Source: Dokdonella sp.
Lineage (GTDB): Bacteria; Pseudomonadota; Gammaproteobacteria; Xanthomonadales; Rhodanobacteraceae
Length of the DNA: 50,859 nucleotides
Reading direction: 5' to 3'
Assembly: GCF_049593775.1 (NCBI RefSeq)
Contig: NZ_JBAWHJ010000124.1
Coordinates: forward strand, 1-50,859
A program made the translations under genes and the position numbers. A model generated the notes under the pieces. The model was not told where the DNA came from and made no database searches. It was given only the letters and a program-made list of their open reading frames with translations. Below, in pieces: positions 9,024 through 18,356 of this stretch. Numbering within the stretch: position 1 is the stretch's first letter; the number at the start of each line of letters is the position of its first letter.

Positions 9024-10853
9024 ATGCGCTGGCCAAAATTGACGCCGGGACTGGAAACCCGCCTGAGAATAGTCCTGCTCGTGGTCGCTGTCCTCGCCAG
9101 CGTCGCCTTGCCGTACGGGATCATACGATCCAGCGCCGACCGCATGCTGCTGGCGTCGGAATGGGTCGTGCATTCGGCGAATGTAAGAGAAACGCTGTTC
9201 GAGCTCGGTTTTCAGATGAGTGAACTCGAGAGCCTGGTCCTCGGCGAGATCATGGACATCTACCCGGGCAAGAACAGACCCTCATACGAGAAAGTGCGAG
9301 CCCGCATCAAGCCGCTGTTTGACAGGCTCGACGCCCTCACGCGCGACAACATCGAACAGCACGGACGAATCGGCTCACTGCGAGTCCTTTTGGATGGTCG
9401 CCTGGACATGCTCGACATCGCACTCCAGGAGGCCCGAAACAAGAATTACGATGCGGCCATGAGCACCTTGAACGAAGGCGCGAAGGTGTTCGGATCGCGT
9501 GAAATCTCGTGGCAGATCGTCAGCGCGGAAGAGGCGCTGTTCAAGGAGCGCAACGAGAAGATGGCCGAGACCAAGAGCGCTTCGCGCTGGGCCATCGCGG
9601 GTGCACTGATTGCGCAGCTGCTGCTGCTTGGCTCAGTCGTCTTCGTGTCCGAGCGTCAGGCCTATCACCGCCGTTCCGCCGAAGCAGCCGTGCTCAAGGC
9701 GATCGAGCGCTCACGCCTGATCGTGCAGACAATGCGTGAGCCCATTGTGGTGCTTGATCCTGCGTTGCGCGTGCTGATGACCAATGAAGCTTTCCGCGAA
9801 ATCTATGGCGGCCCTGCCGACGACATCGGCGACATCAGTCTTGCGGAAGTGGGCAAGGGCAGCTGGGATGATCCCGATCTGCTGCAACGCCTCACCGAAG
9901 TCGGGGCGCGCGGGCGCGAGATCTGGGACTACGAGCTTGAGCAGTGCAGTGCCGACAACGTGGAACGCACGGTGCTCGTGAATGCCCGTCGCATGGACCT
10001 GTCTGACGACTCTGCGCATGGCGCCGAACGCACCATCCTGCTTACCGTCAGCGACGTGACCGCTCGCAAGCGCAGCGAAGAGCGAATCTACGAACTCAAC
10101 GAAAATCTCGAAGCCCAGGTCGCGCAGGTATCGGAGGTCAACCGCGAACTCGAGTCGTTCAGCTATTCGGTCTCGCATGACCTTCGCGCACCGTTGCGCC
10201 ACATCGCCGGGTTTACCGACAAGCTTGGTTCCCATATTGACGACACCGCGGACGAGAAGGCGCGCCACTACCTGCAGGTGATCGGCGACGCGGCGCGGCG
10301 CATGTCGACCCTCATCGAAAATCTGCTGGAATACTCCAGGCTGGGCAGAAATTCGCTGCGAATCATGCCGGTCGACATGGACGATCTGGTCGGCGAAGTG
10401 CGCGGAATGTTGCTTGCCGATGAGTCGAATCGCGAGATCGAGTGGCAGATTGGCGACCTGCCTGCTGCGATGGGTGATGAGAGCATGCTGCGGCAGGTCT
10501 GGCAGAATCTGATTGGAAATGCGCTCAAGTACACGTCCGGGCGAGCCACGACGCACATCGAGATCAGCGCCGATTCGTCTCGTTCAGACGAAGTCGTCTA
10601 TTCTGTGCGCGACAACGGCACAGGCTTCGACATGGCCTACTCGGGGAAGTTGTTCGGCGTGTTCCAGCGCTTGCACAAGGCTTCCGAATTTCCGGGTACC
10701 GGAATAGGTCTGGCCAATGTGCGCCGCATCGTGGGCCGCCATGGCGGCCGGGTCTGGGCGGAATCCGAGCCGGACAAGGGTGCCACCTTCCATTTTTCAT
10801 TGCCGGCCCTGGCTGGCGCCGTGATACCGAAAGAGAGTCGTGATGAATCGTGA
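9024..10853 (+). CDS. Sensor histidine kinase (TM-CHASE3-like-TM-PAS-HisKA-HATPase)
   Basis: Two TM helices around a helical sensor domain, PAS ending DVTARK, H-box FSYSVSHDLRAPL, NLIGNALKY, DNGTG, GTGIGLA; AGGA upstream of ATG 9024. Confidence 0.92.
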   Translation: MRWPKLTPGLETRLRIVLLVVAVLASVALPYGIIRSSADRMLLASEWVVHSANVRETLFELGFQMSELESLVLGEIMDIYPGKNRPSYEKVRARIKPLFDRLDALTRDNIEQHGRIGSLRVLLDGRLDMLDIALQEARNKNYDAAMSTLNEGAKVFGSREISWQIVSAEEALFKERNEKMAETKSASRWAIAGALIAQLLLLGSVVFVSERQAYHRRSAEAAVLKAIERSRLIVQTMREPIVVLDPALRVLMTNEAFREIYGGPADDIGDISLAEVGKGSWDDPDLLQRLTEVGARGREIWDYELEQCSADNVERTVLVNARRMDLSDDSAHGAERTILLTVSDVTARKRSEERIYELNENLEAQVAQVSEVNRELESFSYSVSHDLRAPLRHIAGFTDKLGSHIDDTADEKARHYLQVIGDAARRMSTLIENLLEYSRLGRNSLRIMPVDMDDLVGEVRGMLLADESNREIEWQIGDLPAAMGDESMLRQVWQNLIGNALKYTSGRATTHIEISADSSRSDEVVYSVRDNGTGFDMAYSGKLFGVFQRLHKASEFPGTGIGLANVRRIVGRHGGRVWAESEPDKGATFHFSLPALAGAVIPKESRDES

Positions 10854-11286
10854 AATCCATACCATCCTGATTGCCGAAGACAGCTCGGCCGATGCCGAAA
10901 TGGCGATTGATGCCTTGCGCGAAGCCAAGCTGGCCAATCCCGTCGTACACGTCGAGGACGGCGTGGAGGCACTGGACTACCTGCTGTGCCGCGGGGCCTT
11001 CGCCGGTCGCGGCAAGGGTAATCCTGCGGTTGTCCTGCTCGACATCAAGATGCCGCGACTGGACGGCCTCGAAGTGCTCAAGCAGATGCGCGAAAATGAG
11101 CGGCTCAAGCGCGTGCCGGTAGTCATTCTTTCGTCGTCGCGCGAGGAACGCGATCTGGCGGAAAGCTGGAATCTCGGCGTCAATGCCTACGTGGTCAAAC
11201 CGGTGGACGTCAGCCAGTTCTTCGGCGCCGTGCAAGTGCTCGGCCAGTTCTGGGCCTTGCTCAACGAATCGCCGCTGGAAGGCTGA
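10843..11286 (+). CDS. Single-domain response regulator (Rcp1-like)
   Basis: ILIAED, LLDIKMP, VILSSS, YVVKP; overlaps the end of the kinase gene. Confidence 0.92.
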   Translation: MNREIHTILIAEDSSADAEMAIDALREAKLANPVVHVEDGVEALDYLLCRGAFAGRGKGNPAVVLLDIKMPRLDGLEVLKQMRENERLKRVPVVILSSSREERDLAESWNLGVNAYVVKPVDVSQFFGAVQVLGQFWALLNESPLEG

Positions 11287-11291
11287 ACTCG

Positions 11292-12851
11292 ATGCCGGTT
11301 ACGGAACAGAACGTCACGAAGTTGCGCGTACTGCTGGTCGAGGACGAGCCGCTAGACGCCGAGCTGATCATCGATGAGTTGCACAATGATGGTCTGACCA
11401 TCGATACGCGTCTGGTCGACGACGAAGCCGGATTTCGTGACGCCCTCGACACCTTTGATGCCGATGCCATCATCTCCGACCTGAGCATGCCCGGGTTCGG
11501 CGGCTACCGCGCGCTTGAAATCCTGCGAGAGCGGGACAGGCTGATGCCATTCATCTTCGTCTCCGGAACGATTGGCGAGGAGGCCGCCGTGAAGGCACTC
11601 AAGAGCGGAGCCACCGATTACCTGCTCAAGGGCAAGCTTGCCCGACTGGCATCTGCAGTGCGGCGCTCCGTACAACAGGCGCGCGAATCGAAAGCGCGGG
11701 AGCGCACTGAAGTGGAGTTGCTGCGGGCTCAGCGATTCGAGAGCCTGGCCATGCTCGCCGGCGGGCTCAGCCATGATCTGCGCAACATCCTGCAGCCTCT
11801 GTTGCTGACTGCCTCGACATTGAACGAAAGCAACGATCAGGAGTTGCGCAAGCACGGTGCCCTGGTCGGTGATTGCGCGCAACGCGGGCTGCAAATGGTC
11901 GCCTCGATGCTTTCGTTTGCTCGCGGGGCCAAGGTCGAGGTCGAGCGCGTCCAACTCGGCGTACTGTTCGACGCGCTGGCGATGCTGCTGCGCGGCAGCG
12001 TGCCCGGAAACATCGAAGTCGAGTTCAGGAAGCCACAGGAAGATGTTGCCATCGAGGGCAACCAGACCGAGTTGCAGCAATGCCTGCTGAATCTGTGTCT
12101 GAATGCGCTGCAGGCCATGCCGAAGGGCGGACGCCTGGTGATGTCTGCGGAAGCCTCCGAAATCGACGGCCAGTTTTTCGACGACGACGAGCTGCAATCT
12201 CCGGGTGCCTACGTCAAGCTGCTTGTCACCGACACCGGAATCGGAATGGACGATGAAGTCCGTTCCAGCCTGTTCCGACCATTTTTCACGACCAAGGAAT
12301 CGGGCACCGGGCTTGGCCTGATTTCCTGCAAGCGCATCGTGACCAACCACCGCGGCTATCTGCGTGTACTCAGTGAGCAGGGCAAGGGCACGACATTCGA
12401 GATCTATCTGCCTCTCGAGGCTGCAGATGCGGGCGACGTCGAGTCGGCTCCGGTACCCGGCGGGAATGGTGAGCGCGTCCTGGTTGTCGTCGAGCGACTC
12501 GGCAAGCAGACGATGCTGACAGACACGCTCGAACTGAATGGCTACGAGGTGACGACCGCCGGCAGTGGCTCGCACGCCCTGCAGAAGATTGCCGCGCTCG
12601 GCGCACCAGATATCGTCGTCATGGATGCCGACCTCAATCTGATGAGTGGCGTCGAGACCATTTCTGCGCTGCTTGATCGTGACTATTCGGGGCCGCTGGT
12701 GCTTCTGGTCAATCCTTCACATCCGATTGATCGCGAGGGCTTGCCTCCGCTCGAGCACATGCGCTTCGTGCAAAAGCCCGTTTCCGTCCAGTTGCTCCTG
12801 CGCAGCGTCCGCGAGGAACTGGATGCTTGCGCATCCGGCAAAAAGCGCTGA
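11292..12851 (+). CDS. Hybrid kinase REC-HisKA-HATPase-REC
   Basis: N-terminal receiver (LLVED, ISDLSMP), H-box SHDLRN, NLCLNA, DTGIG, FFTTK, GTGLGL, degenerate C-terminal receiver. Confidence 0.9.
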   Translation: MPVTEQNVTKLRVLLVEDEPLDAELIIDELHNDGLTIDTRLVDDEAGFRDALDTFDADAIISDLSMPGFGGYRALEILRERDRLMPFIFVSGTIGEEAAVKALKSGATDYLLKGKLARLASAVRRSVQQARESKARERTEVELLRAQRFESLAMLAGGLSHDLRNILQPLLLTASTLNESNDQELRKHGALVGDCAQRGLQMVASMLSFARGAKVEVERVQLGVLFDALAMLLRGSVPGNIEVEFRKPQEDVAIEGNQTELQQCLLNLCLNALQAMPKGGRLVMSAEASEIDGQFFDDDELQSPGAYVKLLVTDTGIGMDDEVRSSLFRPFFTTKESGTGLGLISCKRIVTNHRGYLRVLSEQGKGTTFEIYLPLEAADAGDVESAPVPGGNGERVLVVVERLGKQTMLTDTLELNGYEVTTAGSGSHALQKIAALGAPDIVVMDADLNLMSGVETISALLDRDYSGPLVLLVNPSHPIDREGLPPLEHMRFVQKPVSVQLLLRSVREELDACASGKKR

Positions 12852-12857
12852 CGTCAT

Positions 12858-13577
12858 TCAGCGCTTGCCACCCGGAACGGCAAACAACTGTTCCGCACGC
12901 TGGAAAAGGATCCAGGATGTTGCGATGTACTTGTTGCCACCTTTCGGCATGTTGCCGCGGTGTGTATGGGTGAAGCCGGCCGGCGCGATCAGCAGTGATC
13001 CGGTCTGTGGCACGATCTTGCGCTGCTGGTGCAGAAATTCCGTTTCCCCCTCGGCAAAAGCATCATTCAGATAGACCGACCAGAGCAGTACGCGGTGCAG
13101 GGTCTCGCCGTTGTGATCGCCAATCTTCGGATACAACTCGCAATGCCAGTACGGATACCCGCCCTGGTCGGCGAGGTATTTCTGCACGTTGATCGTGCCC
13201 GGCCGGAACACCTTGACCAGCAGTTGCTGCAGGCGTTCGTCGGGCATCGCCCGAATCGCTTCGGCATCCAGAGCCATCAGCTCACCTGTTTGCGGGTGCG
13301 GCATCTGCAGTGACAACGGGGCGATTGCGGTCTGCGGGTACTGGCGCACATAAGCCATGAGCGAGCGCATCATTGCCGAGTTGAGCAGGTTCGATGCAGG
13401 CGCCCAGTCGCGATAGTCACTGATACAGATATCCCAGCTGTCCTTCAGCCGCGTGTTGACGCCACCACCGGTCTGTCCGCGCACGGCCTTGCCACTGGCC
13501 TCGTACTGCTGGATCAGCGCACGGCAATCGTGCTCGCTGAGAGCATCCATGTAGACCTCGATGAAATCACCTGCCAT
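12858..13577 (-). CDS. 2OG-Fe(II) oxygenase (prolyl-hydroxylase-like)
   Basis: WHCE (HxE), YLND..EGETEF, THTHRG and KYIATSW motifs. Confidence 0.85.
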   Translation of the reverse strand: MAGDFIEVYMDALSEHDCRALIQQYEASGKAVRGQTGGGVNTRLKDSWDICISDYRDWAPASNLLNSAMMRSLMAYVRQYPQTAIAPLSLQMPHPQTGELMALDAEAIRAMPDERLQQLLVKVFRPGTINVQKYLADQGGYPYWHCELYPKIGDHNGETLHRVLLWSVYLNDAFAEGETEFLHQQRKIVPQTGSLLIAPAGFTHTHRGNMPKGGNKYIATSWILFQRAEQLFAVPGGKR

Positions 13578-13601
13578 GCGCTTGCTCCACTGAAAACACC
13601 T

Positions 13602-14171
13602 TCAGTTCGTTAGCCAGACAATGCCAGCCGCGACACCGGCAAGCAATCCGGCAACCAGGTCGATCGGCGTGTGGCGGCCGAGCCTGAGGCGCGACCAGGC
13701 CACGCCAGCGCCGAGCGCGCCAAAGGCAAGGCCTGCAACGATCGTCCCCGGAACAAATGCGGCGAAGACAATGAAGGCCACGTGCAAGGACAATTTGCAG
13801 CCTTTGGAGAGCATCAGGGCAAGAAGGACGATTGCTGCGGACAGGGCCATCGCCGCCGTCAGGGGAGACATGCCCTGACTGAGCCAGGCCAGGGCAGCAA
13901 TCGTTGAAAGGAGGAGCAGCAGCAATACGTTCAAGGAGGTCCGCTCGCTGTGGACACTGGCATCCACATGCCGCCAGCGGCCAAGCCGGACTTGCAACGC
14001 TGAGTACCCAAGCACGATGGCGCCGAGCAGGATGATGCCCGTCATTGCGACGATGCTGGAGCGTGTGGAGGAACCACTGGAGCGAATGGCGAGCCCGGCA
14101 GCCAGAGACATGACCAGCATGGGGTGACCCAGAATCGAAACCGCCCGCGCCACCTGCAGGGACAGTTTCAT
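13602..14171 (-). CDS. Multi-pass membrane protein (PAP2-like superfamily)
   Basis: About six hydrophobic segments; KLSLH and WSRLRLGRHT motifs resemble PAP2-like proteins. Confidence 0.65.
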   Translation of the reverse strand: MKLSLQVARAVSILGHPMLVMSLAAGLAIRSSGSSTRSSIVAMTGIILLGAIVLGYSALQVRLGRWRHVDASVHSERTSLNVLLLLLLSTIAALAWLSQGMSPLTAAMALSAAIVLLALMLSKGCKLSLHVAFIVFAAFVPGTIVAGLAFGALGAGVAWSRLRLGRHTPIDLVAGLLAGVAAGIVWLTN

Positions 14172-14270
14172 GCTGCGGCAACGGTGCGGCTGTTGGTCAG
14201 GCTGTTGCACTGCATTCGGACACCGACAGGAAGACCTCGATTGTCCCGACTCCGGATCACTCGCACCAGC

Positions 14271-14308
14271 CTGCTGACATGACGCTGTCAGCAGCCCCCG
14301 TCTATCGT
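14271..14308 (+). promoter_or_regulatory. Inverted-repeat operator plus -10-like box upstream of the VOC gene (putative WYL regulator site)
   Basis: CTGCTGACA-TGACGC-TGTCAGCAG (14271-14294) is a perfect 9-bp inverted repeat; TATCGT follows at 14303-14308. Confidence 0.7.
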
Positions 14309-14348
14309 CCAGGCCGTGCAATCACGCACACCTGCGAAGGAAGCCAAC

Positions 14349-14723
14349 ATGTTGAATCCGAATGTTCCAGCCTGGTTCGAGATCTCCACGACCGATCTGG
14401 ATCGCGCCCAGCGTTTCTATGAACACGTACTCGACGTAAAACTGCAACGGGAAGAAATGGGCGGGTCGAAGCTGGCCATTTTTCCATACGGCGGCAGCCC
14501 GAACAGCAGCGGTGCGCTGATCCATGCCGAAGACAGCGAGCCGTCGGTGCAAGGCTGCATCGTCTATCTGAGCGTGGTCGATCTGCGCCCGGTGCTGGAG
14601 CGCGCCGTCGCCGCTGGCGGTGACACGATCGTGCCGTGCACGGCCTTGCCGGGGGAGATGGGCTTTTTCGCCCAGTTCATCGACAGCGAGGGAAACCGGG
14701 TTGGCCTCTGGTCGGCCGCGTAG
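14349..14723 (+). CDS. VOC / glyoxalase-bleomycin resistance family protein
   Basis: WFEISTTDLDRAQRFYE and FIDSEGNRVGLW; AAGGAAG RBS. Confidence 0.9.
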   Translation: MLNPNVPAWFEISTTDLDRAQRFYEHVLDVKLQREEMGGSKLAIFPYGGSPNSSGALIHAEDSEPSVQGCIVYLSVVDLRPVLERAVAAGGDTIVPCTALPGEMGFFAQFIDSEGNRVGLWSAA

Positions 14724-14793
14724 CAGCGTTCGCCCGGAACGCCGATGCTGACCATGCATTGGCGTTGAACGGTTGACGGGTGATGATGAGAGC

Positions 14794-15489
14794 ATGCGCA
14801 GAGCCGATCGACTTTTTCTCATCATCCATTCCCTGCGCGGGCGTCGCACGGCGTTGCCCGCGCGGCAGCTCGCTGAAACGCTGGCCGTATCCTTGCGCAC
14901 CGTCTATCGGGATATCGCCGACCTGCAACTTTCCGGCGTGCCGATCGAAGGAGAGGCGGGAGTTGGCTATGTGTTGCGCAAGGGTTCGGACATTCCTCCA
15001 CTGATGTTCAACACCGAAGAACTCGAGGCACTCGTGGTTGGCACGCGCTTCGTGCGGGCGTTTGCCGGTACGCGACTGGCCGAGGGAGCACGTTCGGCCC
15101 TGATCAAGATAGAAGCAGTATTGCCGGATGACTTGCGCGCGCGTGCGCAGCGATCGCGAATCTTCGCTCCCGGCGGCTGGCAGACTCCGGCACCGATGAT
15201 CGATCAGCTCAACGAGGCCATCGACCAGCGCCGGGTCATTGGCCTCGATTACCGCAACGAGTCAGGCGAGGCCAGCGCGCGTGATGTGGAACCGCTGTGC
15301 CTGGCCTTCTGGGGTGGCAGCTGGACGCTCGGGGCATGGTGTCGCATGCGCAGGGATTTTCGCACTTTCCGGCCCGATCGCATCGTCAGCCTGGCGTTGC
15401 GCAATGAGCGCTTCAGCGATGATGCAGAGTGCGGATTCGACGCCTATCTGCGATCCGTCGGTGCGGGATCGATCAGCGATCTTGGCTGA
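14794..15489 (+). CDS. YafY-family HTH-WYL transcriptional regulator
   Basis: MRRADRLF, wHTH LAVSLRTVYRDI..L, GVGY, WYL domain RDVEPL..WTLGAWC..RRDFRTFRPDRI. Confidence 0.92.
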   Translation: MRRADRLFLIIHSLRGRRTALPARQLAETLAVSLRTVYRDIADLQLSGVPIEGEAGVGYVLRKGSDIPPLMFNTEELEALVVGTRFVRAFAGTRLAEGARSALIKIEAVLPDDLRARAQRSRIFAPGGWQTPAPMIDQLNEAIDQRRVIGLDYRNESGEASARDVEPLCLAFWGGSWTLGAWCRMRRDFRTFRPDRIVSLALRNERFSDDAECGFDAYLRSVGAGSISDLG

Positions 15490-15602
15490 TCCATGCGCGC
15501 TGAGTGCTTGGGCGGAAGCGAGTGTTGCGGAATGCCGGTTGTGCCCTGCCGTGCCATCGCGATCAATGCGATCATGCAACGGTTCAGTTCGTGGGTGCAG
15601 CG

Positions 15603-17402
15603 ATGAAAATCATTTCAGGAATCGTGTTGGCAGTGGCGCTGGCCTGGACCGCTCCTGCGGCCGCGCAGGCAGGCGCAGGCCCCAATGCTGACGAAACCTT
15701 CAAGGGCATCTACGAAAAGGAATGGGAATGGCGCAAGCAGCAGTTTCCAGGCCTGGACGAGGACAAGAACGGTTCGCTACGGGTCAACAAGCTCCCATCC
15801 GTCAACGCCGCCTCGCGTCGGGAACGCTTGCGTGTCTGGAATGGCGTCCTTGTCGAGCTTGATGCCCTGCCAGTGGACAGTCTGTCAGCCACTGAACGCA
15901 TCAACTACGCCATCTACCGGCCGCAGATCGAAAACCTGGTCGCCGAGATCGAATTCGGCGCCTATCAGATGCCGTTCAATTCGGACTCCTCGTTCTGGTC
16001 CAACCTTGGCTTCCTGACCCGAAAGCCCCTGCGCACGGCCGCATCAGCCGAAGATTACATCTCCCAGCTGCGGGATATTCCGCGCTATTTCGACGAACAG
16101 ATCGTCAACATGCGGGCGGGCCTCAAGCGTGGCTTCAGCGTACCGCGTGCCGTTCTGCCCGGTCGCGATGTCTCGATCGCAGTCGTTGCCGAGCTGACCG
16201 ATCCGGCACAAAGCGAGTTCTACAGCCCGCTGAAGAATCTGCCGTCGAGCATGGATGCTGCCACCCGTGAACGCCTGCAGGCCGAAGCGCTTGCAGCCAT
16301 TCGCGACCAGGTCATTCCCGCCTACGCAAACCTGCTCAAGTTCTTTCGCTCCGAATACATGGCCAAGGCGCGCAAGACTCTGGCCGCCGAGTCGATGCCG
16401 GATGGCAAGGCCTGGTACCGTCAGCAGATCCGCGAGTACACCACGCTCGATCTCGACCCCGAACAAATCCATGCCATCGGGCTCAGCGAGGTGGCAAGAA
16501 TCCAGGCTCAGATGCTCGAGACAATGGCGGAATCCGGGTTCGAAGGCAGCTTCGAGGAGTTCCTCGTTTTCCTGCGTACCGATCCACAGTTCTATCCGAA
16601 GAGCGGGGAAGAACTGCTGATGCGCGCCGCCTGGATTTCCAAACAGGTCGACGCCAGGCTCGCGCAGTTCTTCGGCTTGCTGCCGCGTGCGCGCTTCAGC
16701 ATCGAGCCGGTCCCGGCCGATATCGCGCCATTCTGGACGGCCGGACGTGGTGGCCAAACGACGTACTGGCTGAACACCTACGACCTTCCCTCGCGACCGT
16801 TGTACAACCTGCCCGCCCTGACCGTGCACGAATCTGCGCCAGGCCATTCCTTTCAGCTTTCATTGGCAGACGAACAGACTGGCCAGCCGGCATTTCGTCG
16901 CAATGGCTACATTTCCGCTTACGGCGAGGGCTGGGGACTGTATGTCGAAAAGCTCGGCATCGAGATGGGCATCTACACCACCCCGTATGAAAATTTCGGT
17001 CGCCTGACCTACGAGATGTGGCGAGCCTGCCGCCTGGTCATCGACACCGGCGTACACCACAAGGGCTGGAGTCGCGAGCAGGCGCTGGCTTATTTGCGCG
17101 AGCACACGGCGCTCAGCGAACATGAGGTCACGACCGAGGTCGACCGCTATATTTCCTGGCCCGCCCAGGCGCTGAGCTACAAGCTCGGCGAGATTCGCAT
17201 CGTCGCACTGCGAGCGGAAGCCGAGCAGGAGCTTGGCGAGGATTTTGACATCCGCGCGTTCCACGATGCCGTGCTCGCCCAGGGATCGGTGCCCCTGCCG
17301 GTGCTGGACGAACAGATTCGGCAATTCATAGCCACGAGCAAGGCCGCAGCGGACGCGAAACGAGAGAAGATCAACGGCGAAGCGGCAACGCGAGAACAGT
17401 GA
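15603..17402 (+). CDS. DUF885 family exported protein (putative metallopeptidase)
   Basis: Signal peptide; HESAPGH, EGWGLYVE, RACRLVIDTG and EVDRYISWPAQALSYK. Confidence 0.88.
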   Translation: MKIISGIVLAVALAWTAPAAAQAGAGPNADETFKGIYEKEWEWRKQQFPGLDEDKNGSLRVNKLPSVNAASRRERLRVWNGVLVELDALPVDSLSATERINYAIYRPQIENLVAEIEFGAYQMPFNSDSSFWSNLGFLTRKPLRTAASAEDYISQLRDIPRYFDEQIVNMRAGLKRGFSVPRAVLPGRDVSIAVVAELTDPAQSEFYSPLKNLPSSMDAATRERLQAEALAAIRDQVIPAYANLLKFFRSEYMAKARKTLAAESMPDGKAWYRQQIREYTTLDLDPEQIHAIGLSEVARIQAQMLETMAESGFEGSFEEFLVFLRTDPQFYPKSGEELLMRAAWISKQVDARLAQFFGLLPRARFSIEPVPADIAPFWTAGRGGQTTYWLNTYDLPSRPLYNLPALTVHESAPGHSFQLSLADEQTGQPAFRRNGYISAYGEGWGLYVEKLGIEMGIYTTPYENFGRLTYEMWRACRLVIDTGVHHKGWSREQALAYLREHTALSEHEVTTEVDRYISWPAQALSYKLGEIRIVALRAEAEQELGEDFDIRAFHDAVLAQGSVPLPVLDEQIRQFIATSKAAADAKREKINGEAATREQ

Positions 17403-17557
17403 CCGCAGAACGCGTCGCCGTCGGTATTCGTGCAGCAGACCCTCTCAAGGACGATGCATTGTCGGGCAGTTCACGACATGGAGGAAGAAGGCAGGCCTGA
17501 GGTCCACCCCGCGCACGTGAGGCCAGGTTCCTGTGCGGCCAGCCACCCAGCCTCGAA

Positions 17558-18205
17558 TCAATCCTTCTTCGACGGCGGCTCAATATCCCTGGCCACCTCT
17601 TCGGCCCACTCTTCGATCAATTCCACGCGCGCCTCGTTCCTGGTTGGGTCTGCTTCTGGCGACTCGACAACAGGGGCTTCAGGGTCGCCCGTATCGATGT
17701 AGCGCAGCAGACGCTCCAGTTGCATGCCAAGGACCTGGTCTACTGGCGCGGCAAGTTGATCCAGTCCACTCGCGCTCGATCCATTGACGCGATAGTCGAC
17801 CAGCAATTCGGTGGTCGCGTCTTCCAGTTCATTCAGGTGGAAATTCAGCACGCCGGCCAAGGCGTATTCCTGCAACGGACCCAGCGCCGAATGAAGACGC
17901 AGGGTCTGATTCTTCAACGCCATGATCACGCGACCGTGCTCGACGCTGCCATGCGCCCAGCGTTCGCAGAAGCAGCCACCGGCCGTCGCCTCGAGACTCA
18001 GGTTCTCCGCCTTGCCCGACCAGGTGTGCTCGGAATTCCACCACCCAGCCACGTGGATGATCGACGCGTATACCTTGGCCGGTGGCGAGGTGATCGTGCC
18101 CTGGAACGCAAGCTGGAAGTGATCGGCAGCCATCTGCCTGACCTCGGCGCTGGCCGGGTTCGTCGCCAGCGCGAAAGCCAGCAAAGCGAGTGCAGCGGAT
18201 TTCAT
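17558..18205 (-). CDS. SRPBCC (START/AHA1-like) protein with signal peptide
   Basis: Signal peptide MKSAALALLAFALA; WWNSEHTWSG, GGCFCE, LRLHSALGPLQ. Confidence 0.75.
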   Translation of the reverse strand: MKSAALALLAFALATNPASAEVRQMAADHFQLAFQGTITSPPAKVYASIIHVAGWWNSEHTWSGKAENLSLEATAGGCFCERWAHGSVEHGRVIMALKNQTLRLHSALGPLQEYALAGVLNFHLNELEDATTELLVDYRVNGSSASGLDQLAAPVDQVLGMQLERLLRYIDTGDPEAPVVESPEADPTRNEARVELIEEWAEEVARDIEPPSKKD

Positions 18206-18356
18206 CGGTGGACTCCGAGGTCGAGCGATGGGTGGGCCGATCCTGTCGCAGTATCGACATTCGCGGTCATGCGGGCCAGAGCCACTCACTTCGATGGACG
18301 ATGGCTTTCAGACAGGCCAGGGCAGAGCGAGTTCACGCCGGCGCGAGCGCGATTCC

